NCBI GenBank assembly: GCA_043228905.1
Contig: JBHGNT010000001.1
Span: forward strand, 23,436,001 to 23,500,000
Length of the DNA stretch: 64,000 nt
Reading direction: 5' to 3'
Source of the DNA: Azolla caroliniana
Lineage: Eukaryota > Plantae > Polypodiophyta
The notes beneath the pieces are model-generated. The model saw only the letters and a list, made by a program, of their open reading frames with translations. It was not told the origin of the DNA and searched no databases. This document shows positions 24,964 to 33,963 of the stretch, one piece after another. Position numbers and translations under genes: made by a program. Every line of letters starts with the position of its first letter. Positions within the stretch are counted from its first letter, which is position 1.

Positions 24964-25581
24964 TGTCGTGTTGTTACGCTCTCACATGTGAAATGAGGCG
25001 GGACCGTGGGGGCCCTGAACCAAGGATTGTGGGAAAGAAGAGGGAGAGCGACTCACAGAAAAACAGGGAGAGAGACGGGAACAGAAGATTCAATTTCAAT
25101 GTCAACAACGATTACAACTGGCAAACCGGCAACAGACCCCAAACGAAGGTCCCATGCACACACACGGATGACACAGAGAATGCACGATGGAGCCTCTTCT
25201 TATAGCACACGGGCTCACACGCAACTGACGCAACTGACACAGAAACATAGCGGAGAGCAACAGTTGAGGAGGAGAGAGCTCGGTCCCCAATCCGACAGCA
25301 CTTCACCCTCTCCAAACCATGATATCTATATTCTTCTTCTCCCCTCTCTTTTATAGGTCGCCGAGGAGACCGTTACATCAAAACATATCAACTTTATTCT
25401 CTGTCCTTTCGGACAGAGATACGCATTGATTTCCTAGACAATTAATACCCTTCCTAGTACATATGTACATCAACCATTCTATTCCTAGCTATGTACAATT
25501 CATAAACACACGCACACGCAAAAAGGATTGGGTCATGCCTCCTCCCCTTGATTCCTCCTAGGGGTGGTTTTCTCCATGACA
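24964..25581 (-). repeat. 5' LTR of A
   Basis: Matches 1029-1646; adjacent PBS. Confidence 0.92.
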
Positions 25582-27664
25582 CCGACATCTGAAGATGTTC
25601 GGGTGTCTCACTTATGTGCATGTTGCGAAGGACAAGAGAGCAAAGATGAATCCAAAGTTCCGTCCATGCATATTGCATGGATATGGCGATGACGAGTTTG
25701 GCTACGGAGTGTGGGACCTGGTCGACAAGAAGGTTTTCCGTAGTCGGGACATTATCTTCATGGAGGATAAGACCATTGCCGACTGGGAGTCAGAGGAAAA
25801 GATAATGAATTCCGGGTCGACAGGCAAAGATTAGTTGAAGGAGTTGAGGACCTATCCGGCTGGAAGCCGGATGACACTCGAAGAACCGGCCGGTTTCCGA
25901 GAAGAACCGAACCGGCAAAAGAAGAAGAAGAAGAAGCAAAAACCAGAACTGGTCAAGACACCGAAACGGATTTAGATGAAGAACAAACGGAGGAACCGGT
26001 TGCCGAAAACCAAGGATGGAGATACCCTCTAAGAGAGAGGAGAGCCCCCGGAGATTTCCGGATGCAGAGCATGTGTTGCTAACCGATGAGGGGGAGCCGG
26101 AAAGCTTTGAAGAAGCAAAGAAAGACACCCACAACCGCAAGTGGTTGAGTGCCATGCAGGACAATATGGATTCCCGGCATGAGATCCACACATACGAACA
26201 GACGGAGTTGCCGAAAGGAAAGAGGGAACTCCGGAACAAGTGGGTGTACAAGCTGAAATCGGGAGACGCCGGAAATCCACCAAGGTACAAAGCCCAGATC
26301 GTGGTGAAGGGCTTCCAGCAGAAGAAAGGAGTGGAGTTCGATGAGATCATTGCCCCAGTAGTAAAGATGACATCCATCCGAATGGTATTGACCATAGCGG
26401 CAAGCATGGACGGTAGAGCAACTGGACGTCAAGACGGCATTCCTACATGGCAACCTTGAAGAAGAGATATACATGCACATCAACCAGAAGGATTTGAGAG
26501 GAAAGGGATGGAGCACCTGGTATGCCGGCTAAAGAAGAGCTTATACACATGTAATCTCATTTATATTATATTATGTTTTGTTTTGTCTTCTTCACTAATC
26601 CTCTTGCAATGCTCTACAACACCTTTTTTGGTTGTGTTTCCTAGAGAATTGATTTGGAAAGGAAGTTTTGTTTTAAATAAATGATTATAAAGAGAGAGAC
26701 CTTGTTTCGTGAGAGCATTGAAGCAAGCCCCCTAGCAATGGTGCCGGAAATTCGACTCCTTCATGACCAATCAAGGGTACCACAAAACGCAAGCCGATCA
26801 TTGCGTGTTTGTGAAGAAATTCGACGGAGGCAATTTTCTGATACTCCTTCTGTATATGGATGACATGTTGATCGTTGAACCGGACCGAACCAAAATCGGG
26901 ATTCTGAAGAAGGCCTTGAACCAGACCTTCTCCATGAAAGATTTGGGTCCGGCAAGACAAATCTTAGGGATGTACATCATCCGGGACTGGAAGAAGAAGC
27001 TAATGTGGTTGTGACAGGAGAAGTACGTGACAAAGGTGCTTCAAAGGTTCAACATGTTGGAGGCGAAACCGGTCGAATCGACACTTCCGGAAAATTGCAA
27101 GTTGTCCGAAAAGCAAAGTCCGAAGACAAAGGTAGAGAACTCAGATATGACGAAGATACCATATGCCTCTGCAGTCGGAAGCTTAATGTACGCAATGGTG
27201 TGCACCCGACCGGATATTGCATATGTTGTCAGAGTAGTCAGCCGGTTCATGAGCAATCCGGGAAGAGAGCACTAGAACCCGGTCAAGTGGATACTCCGGT
27301 ATCTGAAGGGCACCTTGAGTATGTGCCTTTGGTTTGATCCGGTAAACCCCAACTCAACAGATTCACGGATTCGGATATGTCGGCCGATGTGGATACCAGC
27401 CGGTCTACATCCTGATATGTCATGACTTATGTAGGGGGGAGCCGTATCGTGGCAATTGAGATTGCAGAAGTCTGTGGCGCTATGGACAATGAAAGCGGAG
27501 TACATGGCAGCTGCTGAAGCCGGCAACGAAGTAATCTGGATGAAGGACTTCATCGAAGAGCTAGGGATCCGACAGGAGGAATACTGGCTCTATTGCGACA
27601 GTCGAAGTGCCATCCACCTTGCGAAGAATGCGGCCTACCATTCTCGGACCAAGCACATCCAGAG
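25582..27664 (+). pseudogene. pol: Second decayed Ty1/copia pol (INT C-terminus, RT, RNase H); continues at 36943-37049
   Basis: FGCLTYVH, EPESFEEA, KWVYKLK, LLLYMDDMLI, PYASAVGSLMYAMVCTRPDI, HSRTKHI. Confidence 0.93.
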
Positions 27665-28084
27665 TGTTATTCGCTTAGCCGGACAAGGCCTAACACAATG
27701 TGTCACGGAGACACTTCACCAAAGGGTGATTACGGCATAGGATTAAGATTCAACGATTACACCGACTTACGTAGGTTACACGATTAGAATGCTTCGGTTA
27801 ATTACACGCGTAAGATATAACAGTGATTACAGAACGGAAATCAAGACAGAAGTAAAAACATCATAATCTCTATTAATTATCCGCTGTCATTACAATAGGG
27901 TCCGGGCCTTTAAATAGGTTTCCGGCCCGTAGTACAAAACGGTGCCTCTCGCACCTATTCGGGATCCGTCCGGAACTGGAACGGCACACCGTTTCCAGTC
28001 CGTCCGTCCACACTATGCTCATTTACAACCATATCTAATTAATCCCTTCACTCCGTATTTTGGACTCCTTGCCGGCCGGTAACA
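27665..28084 (-). repeat. 3' LTR of D
   Basis: TGTTA...TAACA; 27665-27885 near-identical to 36721-36941. Confidence 0.93.
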
Positions 28085-28086
28085 CA

Positions 28087-28124
28087 TGGCACGCCCGTGG
28101 GACAGTACCTTGTACGTCGAACCC
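28087..28124 (+). promoter_or_regulatory. Inverted bipartite tRNA-Arg PBS at the PPT position of D
   Basis: TGGCACGCCCGTGGGAC-agtaccttgtacg-TCGAACCC, 2 nt inside the 3' LTR boundary, antisense to the element. Confidence 0.8.
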
Positions 28125-28136
28125 TTCTCGGCCCCT

Positions 28137-31133
28137 TCATTGTTCACCCAAATTGTCCAAATTACTTTGTTCAAGAATTTCCACTTGTTCTTCCGGTTGT
28201 GGTTGTTGCGGCTGTGCTTGCTGCTGCTGCTGTGGTTGCGGTTGGGACTGAGGTTGCTCCGGCTGCTCTGCTTGCTGCTGCTGCTCCGTTTGTTTCGCTG
28301 ACTCCGGTTGCTCCGTTTGTCTCTCTGGCTCCGGCATCTCCGTTTGACTGCTTCCGGTCCGGTCTCCTTCCAGTAACGGTTCCTCATCACTGAGATTGAC
28401 CGTAACTGGTTCTCGTTCTTTCTCTCCCCGGATCCGGGACCTCTCGTAGCTTTCAAACTGGATCTGCGCCTCCAGCCTGTCGTCGTCCAGCTGAGCTACA
28501 AGTTGCCGGACTTGCTCTAGTTGGTCCTCTGCCAAGGCTTGAAAGTCTTCGGCAAGCTCATCTCTTATGCCGGTGAAGTCTTCGGAAGTCAGCATATAGC
28601 AATCCTCTCCCTCTTTCCGCCGGTTCTCTACGTCGGCCCGGAGCAATTGGAGTTCCGCCGCGTTCGTGGCCCACTTGGTCCACCATTTGACGGACCCGTT
28701 GTCAATCAAGCTCTTGGTCTGGTTCAACCAGGCCCGCATTATATCCTGGATGCGACTTGCTCCCATTTGTGCTCTGCTTTCCACCACTTGTCGCTCCTCC
28801 TTCAACTGCTTGATGAGATTTGCCGTATCCTCCGCCTGCTCCCTGTAGCGCGTCAGCTGCCCTTGATATGTTGTTTGCAGCCTTTGCAGTACCTCCGCCG
28901 CTCTTTCTTTTTCCGCCTGCTGTTGCCTGAGGAGCTCTGTCCGAACCTTCTCCGCCTCTTCCAACCGTCTTCTGTTTTCCGCTTGTTCCTTGGCGAATGC
29001 GGTTGCGGTCCGATCAACTGCTTGCCGGAGCTCATCCGTCCGTTCCTTGTGCTCCGTTTGCAACCGTTTATACTCCCGGTGCAATTGCTCAAATTCCTCC
29101 GTTTTTTGTTTGAGCTTGCCGTTGATCTGGCGATGGTTCCGGTCCTCCCGGTCCTTTACCTGTCGGAGTTCCTCCTTCAGGCGCTCTACTTCTGTTTCGG
29201 CGTTCCTCCGGAGCCTCTCCTTCTCTTGCAGCATTTTCTCCTTCTCCTCCTTGAGCCGGTCGTACGCTTGGTGGCCTTTCCGTAAGCTCTCCTCGGCCCG
29301 GCGTAGATTCTCAGCAGTCTTTTGGAGTTCTGCCTCCGCTGCCGTCTTCAATTCTCTTTCGCGGCTCCTCAGCGCTTCTTGGGCAGCAAGCTCATCCTTT
29401 AAATCCGCAAGCTCTTGGGCTTGTGCCGCATTTCTCTCCGGAACGGTTTCCGTTGCCGGGGTCTGATTGCTATGTACAGGGTGATCTGCCGCTTTATTCT
29501 GTACATTGCCCGGAGTCACCGGTGCTTGGACTTGTGTTGTCACAGCCACTTGCGCCATTTCCCTTGTGACCCTGTCCAAGTCTTGTTCAAGGCTCCGGAT
29601 TCTGGACCGGGCCGTCTCTAGATCTACGGTTGTGACGAGCAACCGTTCCTGGTGCGTTCTCTCTTCCGCCTCTATATACTCGACCACTCCGGCGATTTGC
29701 TCGCCTACCCATCGTAGCCACATGCTACTGGTGCCTTGTTGCTGTACTGGTCGGGTCGGCTCATTCACTGTGGACTTGTCTGGCCTGAGTGCCTGCATAT
29801 GCCGTTCAGGTTCTACCCCTTGGCCGCCGTGTGCTCTGGCTGGGCTCGCCGGCTGTTGAGATCCGGTTCTCGCCGTCTCCGGAGCCGTTGGACTGACTTC
29901 TATAGAAGTCGACAAGACCGGTTCCCTACGCACCGGTTCCGGTTCTTCCCTTGTGGTTTGCTCAGGTTGAGTTGGGGGCGTTTCTGCCTCTCGCGGGTAC
30001 GACCGCTCCCCTCCTGTCTCGGCGGTCCTACTTCTTGACCGTCGTTGGAGGTGCTCTTCTGGCTCCTCCGTTTCCTCTTCCTGTGTCACGGCATGTTTCT
30101 GTGCCGTCAAGGGTTCCGGTTCCTTCTGTCCCGGTCTCCGTAAGGTTATCTTGACGGGTCGGACCGGTGACACCTCCTCCGGTTCTGGGACCCGTTTCTT
30201 CCCTTTCGTCGCCTTCGACGCCAGAAGCTGCTGTCGTTTGGACGCCGGCTTCGAGGTGCTTCCTTCCGATACTCTTGGCCGCTTCTTTGGCTGGACGGTC
30301 TCGACCGGCGGCACGAGCAATGTTATCCATTGAGCTACGGCGTGCCACAGCTTCCGGCCCTCCTTGCTGTCCTTCCCTCGTACCATGTCAATTGCCATGC
30401 ACAACCCGTCTGCAATCAACACCGGCCAGTCCACCTTGATCCCTTCATAGGTGGCTATGATCATCCCTGCCCGATTTTTTGGCATGACAGGGGGTCGGGG
30501 GTACACGTGACCGTACTCATGGAGCACTCGAGCTATCTCCCTGAATAGCGGATCTTCGCCGCCCTGCGTCCGATAGCCTTTGCCGGCAACAGAGTACTCA
30601 CCGAAATATCGGATGAGTTGCTCCGAGGTTGGGTTATCGATCTGAAAGATTCCTCCCTCCGGAAGGCCTGTTAGCGCGCGGATCGCTTCCTCGGTGATGA
30701 CCTCTGTGGCGAGCTCCTTGATGACCCGGTCGGCTTCTCTGTGCGGCGGTGCCTCCATGATGGCCAAGAACCCCTCCAGTCCGTTTTGCCTGAACCATTT
30801 CCTGGCCGCTTCCGACAGCGTTTGTGGTTCCATGTCTGCTTCAAGGTCGAGGGAAGATGGCGAGGTAGAGTGGTGATGAGAGTGAGAGCGAGAGAGAGAA
30901 CGTTCTGAGCGCGGGGGTTCTCTGCGTGCAGGTTCGCGTTTGCTCAGCTTCCACTGTCTTGGTGCTTCTGTGCTTCTTGGCTCGCGAAATGAAAAGGTCT
31001 CCATGCGTTCTGCTTCTTCTTTGTGCGTTTTGGCGCCTTTTTCGAGCATGCACACGTCGTGTACCAATTTAGTATTAAGTAGCGTGGCGTCTCTTAAATG
31101 CCCACTATGTACCTTTTCGCGCCTTGCTTTCAC
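28137..31133 (-). CDS. ORF3 of D: 998-aa protein with a globular N-terminal domain, Pro/Glu linker, long coiled coil and conserved C-terminal helical domain
   Basis: Intact ATG-to-stop ORF between pol and the 3' LTR; homologues in B and G. Confidence 0.88.
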   Translation of the reverse strand: MKARREKVHSGHLRDATLLNTKLVHDVCMLEKGAKTHKEEAERMETFSFREPRSTEAPRQWKLSKREPARREPPRSERSLSRSHSHHHSTSPSSLDLEADMEPQTLSEAARKWFRQNGLEGFLAIMEAPPHREADRVIKELATEVITEEAIRALTGLPEGGIFQIDNPTSEQLIRYFGEYSVAGKGYRTQGGEDPLFREIARVLHEYGHVYPRPPVMPKNRAGMIIATYEGIKVDWPVLIADGLCMAIDMVRGKDSKEGRKLWHAVAQWITLLVPPVETVQPKKRPRVSEGSTSKPASKRQQLLASKATKGKKRVPEPEEVSPVRPVKITLRRPGQKEPEPLTAQKHAVTQEEETEEPEEHLQRRSRSRTAETGGERSYPREAETPPTQPEQTTREEPEPVRREPVLSTSIEVSPTAPETARTGSQQPASPARAHGGQGVEPERHMQALRPDKSTVNEPTRPVQQQGTSSMWLRWVGEQIAGVVEYIEAEERTHQERLLVTTVDLETARSRIRSLEQDLDRVTREMAQVAVTTQVQAPVTPGNVQNKAADHPVHSNQTPATETVPERNAAQAQELADLKDELAAQEALRSRERELKTAAEAELQKTAENLRRAEESLRKGHQAYDRLKEEKEKMLQEKERLRRNAETEVERLKEELRQVKDREDRNHRQINGKLKQKTEEFEQLHREYKRLQTEHKERTDELRQAVDRTATAFAKEQAENRRRLEEAEKVRTELLRQQQAEKERAAEVLQRLQTTYQGQLTRYREQAEDTANLIKQLKEERQVVESRAQMGASRIQDIMRAWLNQTKSLIDNGSVKWWTKWATNAAELQLLRADVENRRKEGEDCYMLTSEDFTGIRDELAEDFQALAEDQLEQVRQLVAQLDDDRLEAQIQFESYERSRIRGEKEREPVTVNLSDEEPLLEGDRTGSSQTEMPEPERQTEQPESAKQTEQQQQAEQPEQPQSQPQPQQQQQAQPQQPQPEEQVEILEQSNLDNLGEQ

Positions 31134-31156
31134 ACCCGTTCATACCTCGATTTTTA

Positions 31157-31160
<4 letters not shown>

Positions 31161-31189
<29 letters not shown>
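31161..31189 (-). repeat. ~29-nt poly(A) tract between pol and ORF3
   Basis: T homopolymer on +. Confidence 0.95.
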
Positions 31190-31206
31190 GATGACGGTGT
31201 GTGACC

Positions 31207-33954
31207 TTACCCATCCGTAGGTCCCCTCGGACCCTTACCGTTTTCCTTACGGGTTGCCGTGTCTTCCTTCGCCTCTGCTACTGGTTCCCCGTCGTCTTTT
31301 GCTTCCGGACCGATACGTACCGATCCCGGTGTAGTGCCGGTGAGCTGCATAAACGGGTTCTTTGGCATCGGTCCTTTATAGGGTTTTAGACGAAATCCGT
31401 TTACCCACTTGCCTAGTACTTCACCGGCAAGTGTCCCTATCTGATAGGACCCGTTGTATTCCCTTGTCAGCCAATACGGGCCTGTCCATCTGAACCGGAG
31501 TTTACCCGGCATTTTGCCCATCCTCGTTTGGAATACTAGAACCGGCTTTCCGATTTCGAACATCTTTTCGTTACCTTTCCGGTGACGGTCAACGAACGCT
31601 TTCCGTCGTCGTTGCTCCAGTTCCATGTGGAGGATGCTGGCCAGCCGTTGCTCCTCCAGTTCGCATAGTGCTGCTAGCCGTATTTCCTCCGACTTCTTTT
31701 CATTCAGCCGTTCCCGTAGTTGGATCCGTAAGCTTGGTACCTGAAACTCGACCGGCATGACCGCTTCTAAGCCGAATGCTAACCGGAACGGCGTTGTCCG
31801 GATACTCGTTTTGTATGCCGTTCTGTACGCCCATAGCGCACTATGGAGCTTTGTGTCCCAGTCCGTCCGGTTTTCATTGACAATTTTGCGGAGAATGTTC
31901 TGCAGCGTTTTGTTGGTGGACTCTGCTAACCCGTTCGCCTGTGGGTAATACGGTGTGCTTCTTTTATGGACCACGGCATAGAACGTTGTTAAGCTTTCCA
32001 CTACCTGGCCGAGGAAGTGGCCTCCTTGGTCGCTGATTAATTCAATCGGACATCCATATCGGCACCAAATGTTTTCATACAGGAATTTTGCTGTGGATGA
32101 CGCGGTGTTGTCTCTCAGGGCCTTAGCTTCCACCCATTTAGTGCAATAATCCGTTGCCACAATGACATAACGATTACCCGTTCTCATTGCCGGTGGCTTG
32201 AACGGTCCGACAAAATCCAACCCCCACTTCTGGAATGGCTCTAGTGGAAGTACCGGTTGGTGTGGCATCTGTGCTTGCTCCGTAGGCTGGCCCATTCGTT
32301 GGCATAGGTCACATTCCTTAGCATACTTGACGGCGTCTTTTAACGTCGTGGGCCACCACAAGCCGCTCTGCCATACTTTCCTCGCCGTCGCTTCCCCGGC
32401 ATAGTGTCCTCCGGCAACCCCACAGTGTGCTTCCCGTAAGATTACTTCTTTCTCGTCACTACGGACTGCCCGTCTCCATATTCCATCTGCTCCTTTGTGG
32501 TAGAGAGTGTCCCGTAACAGACAGAAATTGCGGCTCTGCACCGCCAGTCGTTTCCTCTCGTCCCGGTTCATTTCCTCCGGTGGCAGGCCCGTGCTTAGGA
32601 ACTGGTGCATGTTTGTCAGCCATTTATCTTCTGATGCCACCGTGTCGTCCGCTGCCGTTTCCGGGGTGATACGGAATAACTCCGCGTCCGGGAATTCATC
32701 CGCTACTCCGTCGCCTGGTTCTCCGGACTCTAACCGGCTCAGGTAGTCTGCTACGGCATGCTGGATACCGGGCCGGTGGAAAATCTCGAATTTGAACTCC
32801 TGCAACAGTAAGGTCCAACGGGCCAACTTACCGGTCAGGGACGCCTTGGAAACTAAGTAGAGGAGCGCCGAGTGATCCACATGGAAGGAGAACTTCCTTC
32901 CCAATAGGTAGTGACGAAACTTTGTTACACTGTAGATCATGCCCAGGGCCTCCCGTTCCGTCGTTGAATAGTTCTTCTCCGCTTGGGACAGCTTCCGGCT
33001 GGCGTAATATACCGGCCGGTACCATTTAGGCTCCGTAAGTTGCATTAAGGCGCTGCCAATAGCGATGTCGGAAGCGTCCACGAACACATGAAATTCCTTG
33101 CTCCAATCCGGAGGCTGCACGACGGGTGCTTGCGATAAAAGTACCTTCAGGGCATTGTATGCCTTATCCTCCGTATCCGTCCATTGGAACGGTGTCCGAT
33201 GTACCGCGGTGTGTAATGGTGTAGCCAAGTCAGCCAAGTGACGGAGCATCCGGCTGTGCCACCGGATCTGTCCTAAGAATCGGCTTAGTGCTTTGGCCGT
33301 TTTCGGCGCCGGTGCCCCTAGTATGGCGTTTACTTTGTCCGGGTCGACCGCAATGCCCTCCTTACTTACAATGTGTCCCAGCAATATTCCACTTGAAACC
33401 CCAAAGATGCATTTTGCTGGGTTTAAGCTTAGCCGGTATAACCTACACTTTTCAAGGCATAACCGGAGGTGCTGCAAATGGTCTTTTCCCCGGCTATAAA
33501 CTGCAAAATCATCCAGGAAAACTTGCATGAAGGCAGGAATGTATTCGCCGAAGATCTCCATGATGATTCGCTGGAACGTTGCTGGTGCCGTTTTTAGGCC
33601 GAACATCATGACTTCGGCCACAAACACCCCCCATTCGGTGACAAACGCTGTCTTTTCCTGGTCGTCCGGGTGCATCCGGATTTGATTGTACCCGCTGAAC
33701 CCGTCTAAAAAGCTATAAACTTCATGACCGGCGACGACATCCAGTACTCCGTCCGTGAACGGAAGAGGGAATGCATCCGTAATTGTGGCGGCATTTAGTT
33801 TCCTGTAATCTACACACACACGGATTTTACCGTTCTTCTTGGGGACGACGACGATGGGGCTCAGCCACGTCGCTTTTTTTACCGGCCGGATGAAGCCCAC
33901 TCTTAGGAGTTTGTCGATTTCCTCCTTCACTTTGGCGGCGTAGTTGGGGTTCAT
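31207..33954 (-). CDS. pol: D pol: RT, RNase H, integrase
   Basis: 915 aa intact; FLDD, DASD, HHCC, DDE core, GPY; Athila-like YLSRLE...DEFPD linker; no second archaeal-type RNase H evident. Confidence 0.95.
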   Translation of the reverse strand: MNPNYAAKVKEEIDKLLRVGFIRPVKKATWLSPIVVVPKKNGKIRVCVDYRKLNAATITDAFPLPFTDGVLDVVAGHEVYSFLDGFSGYNQIRMHPDDQEKTAFVTEWGVFVAEVMMFGLKTAPATFQRIIMEIFGEYIPAFMQVFLDDFAVYSRGKDHLQHLRLCLEKCRLYRLSLNPAKCIFGVSSGILLGHIVSKEGIAVDPDKVNAILGAPAPKTAKALSRFLGQIRWHSRMLRHLADLATPLHTAVHRTPFQWTDTEDKAYNALKVLLSQAPVVQPPDWSKEFHVFVDASDIAIGSALMQLTEPKWYRPVYYASRKLSQAEKNYSTTEREALGMIYSVTKFRHYLLGRKFSFHVDHSALLYLVSKASLTGKLARWTLLLQEFKFEIFHRPGIQHAVADYLSRLESGEPGDGVADEFPDAELFRITPETAADDTVASEDKWLTNMHQFLSTGLPPEEMNRDERKRLAVQSRNFCLLRDTLYHKGADGIWRRAVRSDEKEVILREAHCGVAGGHYAGEATARKVWQSGLWWPTTLKDAVKYAKECDLCQRMGQPTEQAQMPHQPVLPLEPFQKWGLDFVGPFKPPAMRTGNRYVIVATDYCTKWVEAKALRDNTASSTAKFLYENIWCRYGCPIELISDQGGHFLGQVVESLTTFYAVVHKRSTPYYPQANGLAESTNKTLQNILRKIVNENRTDWDTKLHSALWAYRTAYKTSIRTTPFRLAFGLEAVMPVEFQVPSLRIQLRERLNEKKSEEIRLAALCELEEQRLASILHMELEQRRRKAFVDRHRKGNEKMFEIGKPVLVFQTRMGKMPGKLRFRWTGPYWLTREYNGSYQIGTLAGEVLGKWVNGFRLKPYKGPMPKNPFMQLTGTTPGSVRIGPEAKDDGEPVAEAKEDTATRKENGKGPRGPTDG

Positions 33955-33963
33955 TCGGTAACG

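Larger units (their letters stand above)
900..25581 (-). mobile_element. Element A: Ty3/gypsy, tRNA-Trp PBS (Phygy-like), interrupted by a solo LTR and elements B and C
   Basis: Paired LTRs 24964-25581 and 1029-1646, PBS 24941-24958, PPT 1647-1662, colinear gag/PR/RT/RH/INT fragments between the insertions. Confidence 0.9.

Noticed and set aside
28120-28140. Purine-rich GAAGGGGCCGAGAAGGG as the PPT of D
   Set aside because: About 35 nt from the LTR edge, interrupted, and not conserved in B or G, so it cannot define the LTR boundary.
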